A program made the position numbers and the translations under genes. Positions 1 through 10,390 of a stretch of DNA of 64,000 nucleotides are shown in pieces. Each line of letters starts with the position of its first letter. The stretch's first letter is position 1. The notes beneath the pieces are model-generated. The model was not told where the DNA came from and did not search any database. It was given only the letters and a program-made list of their open reading frames with translations. The stretch is from Candidatus Magasanikbacteria bacterium RIFOXYB2_FULL_38_10 (GTDB lineage: Bacteria > Patescibacteriota > Patescibacteriia > Magasanikbacterales > UBA10003): positions 24,941 through 88,940 of the forward strand of contig MFQT01000002.1 of the NCBI GenBank assembly GCA_001783145.1. Direction: 5' to 3'.

Positions 1-3000
1 AATGATTACCTTATTACTAAAAGACGTCCAATGCTCTATAACGCTTTTGTTATCTATTGAACAAGCTCTAAAGTCATCTTCTTTAGCAGGATCATCCCAA
101 CACCCCCCAATTACAACAGCGCACGTACCATTACACCACCCCCAATTATCCAAGACTTGGACTTTGGGTTTAAAGTGGCACTGGCTATTTATATTATCCC
201 AGCAGTTGGTAATAACATTGGCGGAGCAAACGGGCAAGGACAAGCCATTATTAGCTAGGCACTCATACACGTGCTTATATGTAAAATATCCCTCTTCGCA
301 GGCCTCGGCAGAGTTGCCAAAATGCAGGCGGTCATTTGGAGAGGAAGGGGAAGAGCAGGAAATACCACTACCACAATCAGCATTACTGTTGCAAGGCTTA
401 TTTAAATTACTATCGCAGACTTTTTCGTCACTGCTCTCGCACACCGGCTTGTGATTCTTATACCACCCCCTAGACTCATACACCGAACCATCTCCCCAAT
501 CTATGGCCACGCGGGTAATGGGCATTTGATCATTGTCGGCATAGGCGTAGAAGGCTGCGGTGACTACGGGAGAAGATCCGTTGTAAGTGATATCTTGATT
601 GTCAACATAACCGTTGTTGAAGTTTAGGCTAAACATGTTAACTGTCCCCCAAGTAAAGCTGTTGTTGCCGGCCGGGTTTAAAGAGTAGATTTTAGGAGGA
701 TGCGGAGTAATAGCGGCACTGAGATTGTTTATTGTTTGAGTAGCACCACTATCTCCTTGCGACTTGTCGCGGTTGCTCCAACCACTACCCAATAATTCAT
801 ATTTATTTTCATTCCACGCCCAAGTATTAAAACTGGAGGCAAACAACTCCTGCAAACGAAGAAAAGCGGCGTTAGGCTGTGAATGATCCCCAATATTCGG
901 CGTACTTGGACCACTGTCACCTATTGTTTGCGGAATTGTTTTGCCTTGCTCCAAAGAAATACCTACGCAAGTGCCTTGCTCCACCACTTCCATTCCCACG
1001 GTGTCGCCATAGGTTTTAGGGGGACAATCTTTAGACGAGCCGCACATCAGGCCGTGATTCAAGCCACCCACACACAAGCCGCGGATCTGGTTAGCATCGT
1101 CGCAAAGATATTTTACAACCCCGCCTTGGCAATCATCATCAACACTGCAATAACTGCCGTTTTTAGACCCTCCTTGGCAGGTACCAGATATATTTTGACA
1201 GGAAACATTATCTGGTATGCAGTCGCCATCTTCAGAGCATGACCACTTATATAAAGAAGAAAGTGGGGTTCCATAACAAACACCGGCAATACATTCAGCA
1301 AAACCATGGCTACTCACTCTGTCTAAACACCAAGCAGAATCAAAATTAGAACAGTCAATCGCCGGCTCTATCATCTGAAGCAAATTCTTCCCCGAATCAG
1401 TTTCACCGGCGCAAACTTTTTTGTCTAAGCTGGCGGACGGTTTACAAGTGCCATCATCAACCTGTTCATTACATGCCAAGTTGCCCTCATTTTTATTATC
1501 AGCCATATTACAAGGCTGATTAACATTGGGTCCGGCAGAACACAAGGCCGCCTTGCCGCAATCACCGCCATTGTCAGGACTGCAATTTAAAGGAGTGGCG
1601 CCGCCCGATTTTAGCCAAATGGGCCAATAACCTGCCACATACCAGCTTTGCAATTTATCCCAGTTGGTTTTGCTGTTGTCTATTAAGGTTAAATCTTTAG
1701 GATCTTGGCTTTGATCAAATGAACCAAAAGGCGTAAAAAATTGATTAAACGGTAATTTCATTTCTTTACCATTATCATCACCACCCAAAATATATCGGCC
1801 CTCTTGCCAAATTCTATCGGTACGGGCTTTGGCTTTAAAACCAAACACTGAGCTCTGCACATCCGGATTAACTGGATTATCCTGCACAACTTGCCTAATA
1901 TCCGTGCACACTTCTGTTAAATAAAAATCCAATTCCGCCTTAAATCCTCCGCTTTGTGTGGATCCGTCGCAAGTTTTTGAATTCATTGATTTTAATTTGC
2001 CGGTTGTTTTATCAAAAGTGACTCTAAAAGCAATAGCGTTAGAGTCTGTATTATCATAAAAGTTTTCACACTTGCTCTGAGTTAGAAAATTAAAAGAACC
2101 TTCGGTTCTATTATCCGGCCCATTATGCCAAAAAAACTCCAAGGAAATATCCCCGTTATTTTCCAGTTTAGTCCCGGACCAATAGTAACCGTCGCCATTG
2201 GAGACACCGTTTAATTTTTGTTTGGTGAAAGTCAATAATTCATTGGCCGGATAATCTTTTCCATTAATAAAGGAAAGGGGGGTTAAGCCCATAGCCACTA
2301 CTTCGCTAAAATTAAGATCTTTCTCAACAGAAGTTAAGAAAAATGTTTGTTCCTTCCATAAATCAGCAGTAAAAGGCACCCAACTTTTACTATTTTTACA
2401 CTCTTCTTCTGTATTTATGTTGGAAATTTCTGTTCCATTTGAAGAAAAACAACGCCCCCGACCGGATGTTTCCCAAGTATTTTTAGGTTCGGCACGGGTA
2501 ATTAATTTATAACTACTGCCGTATCCAAAAGTGTCCCCGTTGTCCTGAAACGGCAGAGAAGCATTCCCTTTAGCCTGGACGCACCAAAATTTCCCCGAAC
2601 CCTCCGGGGGGTAATACCCGGCTTCTCTGTTTAAAGCATACAAATCAACTCCGCCCTTAGGTACTGCCAAAGGATACCACATCACGCATTTGTCAGTGGA
2701 ATCTTTAAGCAGACAGTAGCCATTCCAGCCAAATTCACGCGAAATTTTTCTATCGGTTAAACAAGAAGCGCCAAGAGTAATGCCGCCGGGTTTTTGATTA
2801 GCCGGACGGTCATCAGAACAATCACTGACATCAACGCAAGGCAAGCTTTTTTTAGATTGTCCATTCTCTAAAAATCCGCCGTCGCAAACGCCTTTATTTT
2901 CTAAAAGCTGATTGGCTAAATAATACTTGGTGATGGCGGCTTTGTCACTGCCGCCATATTCCACTTTGGCAAAAGAGCAAAAATCAGGATAAAGGGAAGG

Positions 3001-6000
3001 ATTCAAACGCGAAGAGTTGGCTTCCGAAGGTATTTCCGCTGAAGCAAACCCGCGGCAAGATTCAGCGATTGGGCCACCGCCATTATACACTGGTTGGTTA
3101 TTGATGGCTTTTAAGCCGTTAGAAGCAACCAAATCGGCAATCTGTCGGCCGTTATAAATGGAATAGCCGCTAAAATCTTTAACAGAAAAAGCTCCATTAT
3201 TAGCAGAAACATAAGCCGAAAGATCTAAAATTTGACCAATGGCGGGTGTTTTATTTGTGTCCTCAACCCAATGACCGCATTGACCTAGAAGCTCATCACT
3301 ATTATTAACTTCGGCCGCTGAAGCAATTTTGTCGCAATTTTTAAGCTCAGTGCAGATATCAACCGAATTACCGTTTTTCAGCACTTTCATAGTGGAGGCG
3401 CAAGCAAGCCATTCGCCGCAAACACGATCCCGCTTAACTTTTAAAATTACGTTAGCATCATTGGCATCAAGATTATCATTGGTACAATTGAGATTGTCTG
3501 CTGAAGTTTTTTCACCCTCCACCCCACAATCAATCGGATTAACCTTTTGATAATTGTTTTGTTGGCTTAAATTATAAGTTGCATCAGCGTTCCACAATCT
3601 ATCGCCTTTGGCGGTTTCATTAAACAAAACGCAACCTTGTTGCAAACTGGCACTGCCACCGCAAGAACCGCGGTCAATTTTTTCATTGTTAATCACATAG
3701 TAAGATTGGCCGGATAAATTGCCGGAAGCGGTTCCCGCGCCTACCGGATCCACAAATTCCGAACAGCCATTTTGCGCGGCGGGACACAAACCCACAGCGC
3801 CATTATAGGTAGCATCTCCGTTTTTAAAAATTTTATAATTGGTGCCCGCATAACAACTGTCAGTTGTACCTTTAATCACCCAGCCACCGGTAGAGCCATT
3901 AATTTTATCTTTCCATTCGCATAAACGATTGCCAAAAACAGTCGGGTCTTTAAAATAATCAGATCCGCCTTGGTCCGTGGTGTATTGATTACAGCCTTCG
4001 GCCTCTTGGCTGCACAAAATTTTGCCATAATTATCCGGCTGATCTTTAAGATACACCGTGGTAGAGGCCTGCACAGCTCCATTCGCGGAGTAGTCAATCA
4101 AACCCAAAGCGCGACAACCTGCGTTATCACTAGAGCATTGAAAAGCGGGGCTGTTTACTAAATACACCATCCGATCAGTGGGGACTAAAATACTCTCTGA
4201 ATCAGATGATAAATTAACACCATAAGAATGACCTTCGGCATCTGTAGTTGCAGCTACGCTGTTTAAATTATGTAATTCAGGGCCTAATTCAGTTAGATTT
4301 TTACCCAAACCAACATAATTAAATCTACAAAAAGTTTGTCCCGGAAGTACATCACATTTATGCTCGCCATTTTTGTCTTTACAATCAATTACTTGGTTTG
4401 AATATGTCTGCGGCGAGGAAAGAAGAGAACACTTGGCATTAAACAGCGTAGCCGAAGTTGTTTCGGTGTCAAATGTTTCAACCAGCTCCTCGCAACCTAC
4501 TGCTTCCTCACGACAAATACTGCTAAAAAATTTAACCGCCACAGTATCTCCTTTGCGGTTGGAATAAGATTCACAGCCAAGTTGAGCCTGCGGTGCCAAT
4601 CTTAACGGATTGGCGGAATTTCCTCCCAAAGACGAGCCAAAGGGATCGCCATTAACATTGTCGCAAGATGAAGGAGTGGCCCAGGAATCCTTAATCACAT
4701 AAACGTTATCCGTCATTTGTTTTACAACAACATTATCAAGATAAAAAATGTTCCCCTGGCCGCCAAATTGCAAAGTGGAAGAAGAAACTTCTTGATCCCA
4801 AGAGACGTTAAAATCGGCAGTAAAAACCGCCCAATTATTGGTTAAATTAAAGCCCCTATTTTCTTGAGAAACAAAATTGGAGCCGGCCAAACTTGTGCCA
4901 AACTGTACTGCTAAATTTAAGGAAGCATCTTGACTCTTAGCCCAAAAAGAAATAGAAATCGTTTTATTTTTTTCTAAAATATTGGTGAAACCGGAAGCGC
5001 CAATTACTTTCAAAGATTTTCCACCGACCACGGTTGCCTCGGAACTGATTGTGGCAGTTGTCCCCGTCCAGTCCAAAGAGGAAACAGTGCTACCAACCGT
5101 GCCTGTTTCAAAATCTTGAAAATAAATGGTTTGAAAATTATTACCCGCGTTGCCTTTGTAAGCGCGGCAACCCACAGCCGTAGCCGGACAAGACTTGGCC
5201 TCCAAAGAAATAAATGAGTGGATACAAATTCCTCTCGCCGAATCCCAAGCTCCGCCGGTAGCATCACAAGAGATTTGATCGGACAGACTTTTGCGATAAT
5301 TTTTGCATTCGCTTGGAGAAACTGTGACGGTTTTAGAATAAAGGCGATAAGATTTTTCACCCTGACGATTATAAAATTCGCGACAATCCGGATCAAAATC
5401 TTTGCCTAAGGTAATTTTATCCGCGTAAGTACTGGCACTACAAATATTTTCATAAAAAGTAAGTGTCAAAGCATCGCCGGTATTATAGGCCGGCTCGCCG
5501 GTATGGCCACTTCTGGTATCTTTCTTTAAAATGTATGTTTTTAATTGATAACCGGAAGTATCACTTCCCTCCCAAGTATAAAAAGTGTCTCCTTCGGCGG
5601 CAATTTTACTGCAAGATTTTATCTGGCTAAAATAAGCTTTTTGTTCTCCGCCAGCCGCTTGAGTTTCTATATTAACAAATTCTTCGCAACCTACGTTTTC
5701 CAATTTGCACGATTTGGCGTTGGCAGGGATAAAATAAGCATTGGCATTGCCAGAAAATTGAGTAATTGGCTGTTCTATATATGTTTCATAGCCAACGCAC
5801 TCATTTGGGCATAAATCCCCTGTTGTCAAAACACCGGGAATTGTCGGATTGCCATTTGACGGAGTGTAAAGCTCGCAACTTTTTTCTTCTGCACTGCAAA
5901 CTGTGGCAAAACGAGAACATTGAATTTTTTGTTCCGCAGTCAATCCATTGGAAATTTTATACAAATCGGATTTATTAACCGGCCAAGCTAAAGTAGAACT

Positions 6001-8037
6001 GCTTAAAGTATTTGTATTGGGTGTACCTGTGGGGACCAAATTTTCACCATAACAATTATAAAACTCGGGCGCTTTTTTTAAATTAAGATTTTCTCCAACT
6101 ACGCCTTCAGCCTCGCGGATAAATTTAGAGCACCCTTCATTTTCATTGCCGCATCTTTCAACTGAACGATTAAAATAAATTTTAGGATCACCGGCGCCGG
6201 ATTGCCAATTCCAATCTCCGCCCAAATAAGCGGCTGAAATCGCATAAGAACGGCAACCGGAATTATCCGCCGTACAAATACCTCTATCAATGGTATTGGC
6301 TAAAAAACTCATGGCCTGACCTTGGCTACTGGCATAACCGGTACAAGTATTGAATTGTTCATCGCAACTATCGGCACCCAATTGCCAAAAATTTTTCTCT
6401 CTTAAACAATAGCCCCAAAAATTACATTGTCCGGTTTGTGAATTTTCACCAACACAACTTTGCACATCGGTGCAGGATTTGGCTCTTTGTCCGGGAGTAT
6501 CGGCCGTAGGAGGGTACAGAGCCAAGGAACTGTTAACTTCGGCGGAGCAACGGGCCTTAGGAGCGACAATCAGCCAATTAGGATCAATCAGATGATAATA
6601 TTGACTGCTACTATCATAAAAACCGGCCACCACATCTTTTAAAAATACTTTTTGCCCAAGAGAGACTGCTTTCTGCGCGGCTATTTCCCAGCCCAATGAC
6701 AAAATTCTAAAAAAACGCAATTTAATAAGATTGTCATAACAGTAAGCGTTAGGTTTGCAAGATCCCTTTGGCAAAAGTTCCCAGTCTCCATGCAATTTGC
6801 CCGAAGAGAAATTTAAAGCTTCACCGACAGTTAAGGGGGTTCCCGCTTGGGCTAAAGATAAAATTTCTTGAAAATCGGAATCCAGGGCACCACAATAGGG
6901 GCCGTTGTTGGTAGCGCAATCGGGGGTCAATTCTGTAGCCACATATTGATAATCCCCAATTTCGCCAAAGGTGGGTTTAACAAAATCGGCAAAGGTGGCT
7001 TCGGACGCCTCGCGATTACCCACCACCTGCGCCTGCTCATCATTGGGCGCTGATTTTTTACAAGTCCAAGAACCGTCTTTTACGCCGCAGGCTATCCCGG
7101 TGATTAATTGTCCCACAGAAAGCAAGCCTTTTTTTCTTAATTGCTCTGCCAATTGATCGGAAAGAGTGTTGGTGAACATAGCGGCGGCATCGCCCAAAAC
7201 ACCAGCGATGTTGCCCAGATTTAAATCATCTTTTGTGGCTTTTACTTCTTCGGTTTTTTGTGTTTTTGAATCACTTATAACGCTTTTTGCTTGTTCTTCG
7301 TTAACAGCTACAGGAGCCGTCGCATCACCCCCTACCGGAGAGGCCGTATTTTTCATACTACCATCAGAGTCGGCTTTATCTCGAGCTTTTTGTTCATCTT
7401 CGGCCCGTATTTTATCCAAAGCTTCCAATGTTTCTAAAGATAAAGACAGGCCATTTTGCCCCGGCTGAAAAGACATTCCCACCTGGCTCCAAGCACCGGC
7501 TGTACCCAAATTACTATAGGCATTTTGTATTTCTCTCCAATTACAACGCGGCTGAGGATCCAGGGTGTTGTACATTTTTAATTTTATTCCCAAATTATAG
7601 GCAGGTATGCCGGGATTACACAAATTAATGCCGTATTTTTGTAAAAATTGCGTTTCATCGCCAAAATAGCCAATAGCATCGGCTGCTGCCTGCAAACCGG
7701 CGTTTTCAAAATAACCGGCCGCGTCAGTGTACCACATCGGCCCCTTGTCATAGTTGCCGCTGGCCAGCCAAATGGCTGTGTCCCTGGACATTTTATTGAC
7801 AAAATTCCTAAAAGACTTCATTAAAGCCCTGCCTGCCGCTTGGCCAATATTTACTTTTAAATCTTTACCGATAGCAGTTATTTTAGTCCACAAACCAGTA
7901 GCATCAGCCACGGGATCCGTCACTGTAAACTGCGCTCTAGCCGACCACGGCATTCCCAAACTTCCAATCAATACAAAAAATAAAAAAAATATTGCAATTT
8001 TATTTTTGTGATTTTTTATTTTTTCTTGGCGCGTCAT
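1..8037 (-). CDS. Giant Cys-rich secreted/surface protein, >=2679 aa, C-terminus beyond window edge (partial)
   Basis: ATG at 8037 gives MTRQEKIKNHKNKIAIFFLFFVLIGSLGMPWSARAQ (signal-peptide-like). The ORF track has no terminated ORF in this frame and spot translations stay open: GNIFYLDNVVVKQMTDNVYVIKDSWATPSSCD (~4750), ADNDQMPITRVAIDWGDGSV (~510), CHFKPKVQVLDNWGWCNGTC (~150), open to base 1. Confidence 0.9.
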   Translation of the reverse strand, partial: MTRQEKIKNHKNKIAIFFLFFVLIGSLGMPWSARAQFTVTDPVADATGLWTKITAIGKDLKVNIGQAAGRALMKSFRNFVNKMSRDTAIWLASGNYDKGPMWYTDAAGYFENAGLQAAADAIGYFGDETQFLQKYGINLCNPGIPAYNLGIKLKMYNTLDPQPRCNWREIQNAYSNLGTAGAWSQVGMSFQPGQNGLSLSLETLEALDKIRAEDEQKARDKADSDGSMKNTASPVGGDATAPVAVNEEQAKSVISDSKTQKTEEVKATKDDLNLGNIAGVLGDAAAMFTNTLSDQLAEQLRKKGLLSVGQLITGIACGVKDGSWTCKKSAPNDEQAQVVGNREASEATFADFVKPTFGEIGDYQYVATELTPDCATNNGPYCGALDSDFQEILSLAQAGTPLTVGEALNFSSGKLHGDWELLPKGSCKPNAYCYDNLIKLRFFRILSLGWEIAAQKAVSLGQKVFLKDVVAGFYDSSSQYYHLIDPNWLIVAPKARCSAEVNSSLALYPPTADTPGQRAKSCTDVQSCVGENSQTGQCNFWGYCLREKNFWQLGADSCDEQFNTCTGYASSQGQAMSFLANTIDRGICTADNSGCRSYAISAAYLGGDWNWQSGAGDPKIYFNRSVERCGNENEGCSKFIREAEGVVGENLNLKKAPEFYNCYGENLVPTGTPNTNTLSSSTLAWPVNKSDLYKISNGLTAEQKIQCSRFATVCSAEEKSCELYTPSNGNPTIPGVLTTGDLCPNECVGYETYIEQPITQFSGNANAYFIPANAKSCKLENVGCEEFVNIETQAAGGEQKAYFSQIKSCSKIAAEGDTFYTWEGSDTSGYQLKTYILKKDTRSGHTGEPAYNTGDALTLTFYENICSASTYADKITLGKDFDPDCREFYNRQGEKSYRLYSKTVTVSPSECKNYRKSLSDQISCDATGGAWDSARGICIHSFISLEAKSCPATAVGCRAYKGNAGNNFQTIYFQDFETGTVGSTVSSLDWTGTTATISSEATVVGGKSLKVIGASGFTNILEKNKTISISFWAKSQDASLNLAVQFGTSLAGSNFVSQENRGFNLTNNWAVFTADFNVSWDQEVSSSTLQFGGQGNIFYLDNVVVKQMTDNVYVIKDSWATPSSCDNVNGDPFGSSLGGNSANPLRLAPQAQLGCESYSNRKGDTVAVKFFSSICREEAVGCEELVETFDTETTSATLFNAKCSLLSSPQTYSNQVIDCKDKNGEHKCDVLPGQTFCRFNYVGLGKNLTELGPELHNLNSVAATTDAEGHSYGVNLSSDSESILVPTDRMVYLVNSPAFQCSSDNAGCRALGLIDYSANGAVQASTTVYLKDQPDNYGKILCSQEAEGCNQYTTDQGGSDYFKDPTVFGNRLCEWKDKINGSTGGWVIKGTTDSCYAGTNYKIFKNGDATYNGAVGLCPAAQNGCSEFVDPVGAGTASGNLSGQSYYVINNEKIDRGSCGGSASLQQGCVLFNETAKGDRLWNADATYNLSQQNNYQKVNPIDCGVEGEKTSADNLNCTNDNLDANDANVILKVKRDRVCGEWLACASTMKVLKNGNSVDICTELKNCDKIASAAEVNNSDELLGQCGHWVEDTNKTPAIGQILDLSAYVSANNGAFSVKDFSGYSIYNGRQIADLVASNGLKAINNQPVYNGGGPIAESCRGFASAEIPSEANSSRLNPSLYPDFCSFAKVEYGGSDKAAITKYYLANQLLENKGVCDGGFLENGQSKKSLPCVDVSDCSDDRPANQKPGGITLGASCLTDRKISREFGWNGYCLLKDSTDKCVMWYPLAVPKGGVDLYALNREAGYYPPEGSGKFWCVQAKGNASLPFQDNGDTFGYGSSYKLITRAEPKNTWETSGRGRCFSSNGTEISNINTEEECKNSKSWVPFTADLWKEQTFFLTSVEKDLNFSEVVAMGLTPLSFINGKDYPANELLTFTKQKLNGVSNGDGYYWSGTKLENNGDISLEFFWHNGPDNRTEGSFNFLTQSKCENFYDNTDSNAIAFRVTFDKTTGKLKSMNSKTCDGSTQSGGFKAELDFYLTEVCTDIRQVVQDNPVNPDVQSSVFGFKAKARTDRIWQEGRYILGGDDNGKEMKLPFNQFFTPFGSFDQSQDPKDLTLIDNSKTNWDKLQSWYVAGYWPIWLKSGGATPLNCSPDNGGDCGKAALCSAGPNVNQPCNMADNKNEGNLACNEQVDDGTCKPSASLDKKVCAGETDSGKNLLQMIEPAIDCSNFDSAWCLDRVSSHGFAECIAGVCYGTPLSSLYKWSCSEDGDCIPDNVSCQNISGTCQGGSKNGSYCSVDDDCQGGVVKYLCDDANQIRGLCVGGLNHGLMCGSSKDCPPKTYGDTVGMEVVEQGTCVGISLEQGKTIPQTIGDSGPSTPNIGDHSQPNAAFLRLQELFASSFNTWAWNENKYELLGSGWSNRDKSQGDSGATQTINNLSAAITPHPPKIYSLNPAGNNSFTWGTVNMFSLNFNNGYVDNQDITYNGSSPVVTAAFYAYADNDQMPITRVAIDWGDGSVYESRGWYKNHKPVCESSDEKVCDSNLNKPCNSNADCGSGISCSSPSSPNDRLHFGNSAEACEEGYFTYKHVYECLANNGLSLPVCSANVITNCWDNINSQCHFKPKVQVLDNWGWCNGTCAVVIGGCWDDPAKEDDFRACSIDNKSVIEHWTSFSNKVII

Positions 8038-8044
8038 AGCCAAA

Positions 8045-8806
8045 TTATAACTGTTTAATTAAATCAAGCAAAGCCTGATCGTCTAAACCATCTAAGGTCT
8101 CTTTAGGAATACCTTTTTCTAATAAGCTTTTGCGCAAAGCTTTTAAATCCACATTACTAATATCTAAAGAAAAATCCGATGATTCTGAATTATTAGCCGC
8201 CGTAGATGTGGAAGAGACAAATTCTTTAAAAAAAGCCAACAAATCGTTATCGGAAAATTTTTCCAATTCTTTGGAATCTATTCCATTCTGAATTAAGAAA
8301 TCGCGCAAAACTTTAGGGTCGGGATTAGAACCCAAAAGATTCTGTAAAAGTATCTGATCGGCGGTCGGCAACTCTGAAACGGATATCTCCAAGGAAGAGG
8401 TGGCTGTATTAGCGGCCGCTTGATTTTGCACTAAACTGCCATAACAATCTTGTCCTTTGGGACAATTGGGATCACTGCCGGAATCGGCTTCCGTTTTATC
8501 ATTTAATCCATCGGAATCGGTATCTGTTAAATAAGGGCTGGTTTGATAAATATATAACTCGTCATAATCTTTTAAGCCGTCGGCATCCGTGTCTTTTTTC
8601 TTTAGTTCTTCATTGGCAAAATTTTGATCAAAAGATATTTGTTCGCCGACGGAATGTTGCAAAGCAAAAAGCGCAAAGGGAGTTTTTAAATTGTTGCCCA
8701 TTTGCCTAAAACCTAAATAAACAACAAAGACCGCCAAAACAACCAAACCCAAAAAGGCCAGTTTTTCTTTTCTTGTCATTTCTTTTTGCTCTCCGCTCGT
8801 TGACAT
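8045..8806 (-). CDS. Membrane-anchored protein with thrombospondin type 3-like Ca-binding repeats
   Basis: N-terminal TM helix; DTDADGLKDYDE and DTDSDGLNDKTE repeats; ATG at 8806 preferred over the upstream TTG. Confidence 0.75.
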   Translation of the reverse strand: MSTSGEQKEMTRKEKLAFLGLVVLAVFVVYLGFRQMGNNLKTPFALFALQHSVGEQISFDQNFANEELKKKDTDADGLKDYDELYIYQTSPYLTDTDSDGLNDKTEADSGSDPNCPKGQDCYGSLVQNQAAANTATSSLEISVSELPTADQILLQNLLGSNPDPKVLRDFLIQNGIDSKELEKFSDNDLLAFFKEFVSSTSTAANNSESSDFSLDISNVDLKALRKSLLEKGIPKETLDGLDDQALLDLIKQL

Positions 8807-8924
8807 TTTAATAATGATTTTTTTGTTAAACAATCGGGTCTTACTCCTCTATATTATATCTTTTTAATCCCCATTTAACAAGGAGATATCCACAAAAAAC
8901 TTTTTATCTCTAAAACTCAACTTT

Positions 8925-9773
8925 CTATTCCTTTTTAAAGACATTTTTAGCTAAAATCAGCCACTTTTCTAAACTAATTTCTTCCGCCCTGGCATTTAAA
9001 TCAATCCGCGCCTCCTTAAAACCGCTTAAAATAACCTTTTCATCTAAAAAAGATTTTAAATTTTTCTTGAGCATTTTTCTTTTTTGAGAAAATCCGATTT
9101 TGACTAGCTGAAAAAAAATTTTCTCATCACTTTCCTTAAGCCGTCTTGTAATATTGTTGATTTTTAAAATGGCGCTTTCCACTTGTGGAGGAGGACTAAA
9201 AGAAAAACGGCTGACAACTTTTAAAATTTTGGGCTCACCAAAATATTGAACCAGCACGGACAAAAAAGATTTGTCCCCCTCCCCGGCGCAAACTCTTTCA
9301 GCTAATTCTTTTTGCACCAACAAAACTATTAAGGTTGGCTGATTGGAAGCTGTCAAAAATTTTTCCAAAATTTTAGAAGTAATGTTATAAGGAATGTTGG
9401 AAATAATTTTATAGCTCTCAGGCAAACTCTGCGGATCTAATTTTAAAGCATCCTCATTTTTTATTTTCACATTACTTGATGCGGAAAATTTTTCTTCAAG
9501 AATTTTAAATAATCTTTGATCTATTTCCAAAGACAGAACATTTTTGGACGCTTTAGATAATTCACAGGTTAAAACACCTTCTCCTGCGCCAATTTCTAAA
9601 ATAAAATCATCAGGCGCAATCTCCCCTCCCGCCACAATTTGTTGCAAAATATTTTTATCAGTCAAAAAATGCTGACCATAAGATTTGTCGGTTCGAAAAT
9701 AATTTGCTTGTTTAGAGGGGCGTAATTGTTTAAATTTTTCCGGTCCAACTGTATTATTTTTTTTATTTTGCAT
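8925..9773 (-). CDS. rsmA: 16S rRNA m6,2A1518/1519 dimethyltransferase
   Basis: GQHFL, LEIGAGEG, SNIPYNIT, FSPPPQVES motifs. Confidence 0.95.
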   Translation of the reverse strand: MQNKKNNTVGPEKFKQLRPSKQANYFRTDKSYGQHFLTDKNILQQIVAGGEIAPDDFILEIGAGEGVLTCELSKASKNVLSLEIDQRLFKILEEKFSASSNVKIKNEDALKLDPQSLPESYKIISNIPYNITSKILEKFLTASNQPTLIVLLVQKELAERVCAGEGDKSFLSVLVQYFGEPKILKVVSRFSFSPPPQVESAILKINNITRRLKESDEKIFFQLVKIGFSQKRKMLKKNLKSFLDEKVILSGFKEARIDLNARAEEISLEKWLILAKNVFKKE

Positions 9774-9790
9774 TTTCAGATAATTAAAAA

Positions 9791-10384
9791 TTAAGTGATT
9801 TTTAATCCCCCCTGTCTTAACACTTCTATCTTGCCATTTCTAATTCGCGCAACAGTAGAAGGCGCGCGACGCTTTAAAACTCCTCCATCTACTGTATAAA
9901 TACAGTCGGTTGATAACTTTTTAAAACTCTTTTTTAAATCTGTCACAGAATAAATTTCTTTTGCTCCGGAAATATTAGCCGAAGTAGAAACAATGGGCCG
10001 GCCCAATCTTTGGGCAAGAGTACGCGCTATTTTATTACTGGAAATTCTTATGGCTACAGTATTATCTTTGGCAACGACACTCTTGGATAAACCCACCTCT
10101 TTTTTATTTTTTAAAACCAAAGTTAAAGCTCCCGGCCAATATTTTTTAGCTAGAATTTCCTCCTGTTTGTTCAAAATCACCCATTTTTTAACCATAGCCA
10201 AACTTCCGGCAATTAAAGGCAAAGTCTTGGCTTGGGGCCTTTGTTTTATTTTAAAAATTAAATCCAGTGCTTCCTGATTGGTAGAATCGCAACCAAGACC
10301 ATAAGCGGTTTCCGTGGGATAAATTATCACCCCTCCTTTTTTTAAAAAATCAACCGCCTCTTTTAATTTTTTAACAATAATCAT
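9791..10384 (-). CDS. tsaC: L-threonylcarbamoyladenylate synthase (Sua5/YrdC/TsaC)
   Basis: YPTETAYGLG, KQRP, STSANISG, PSTV motifs. Confidence 0.93.
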   Translation of the reverse strand: MIIVKKLKEAVDFLKKGGVIIYPTETAYGLGCDSTNQEALDLIFKIKQRPQAKTLPLIAGSLAMVKKWVILNKQEEILAKKYWPGALTLVLKNKKEVGLSKSVVAKDNTVAIRISSNKIARTLAQRLGRPIVSTSANISGAKEIYSVTDLKKSFKKLSTDCIYTVDGGVLKRRAPSTVARIRNGKIEVLRQGGLKIT

Positions 10385-10390
10385 AAAATA

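Noticed and set aside
2-8011. Many short ORFs in the track across 1-8 kb
   Set aside because: They are antisense or off-frame shadows of the giant minus-strand ORF.
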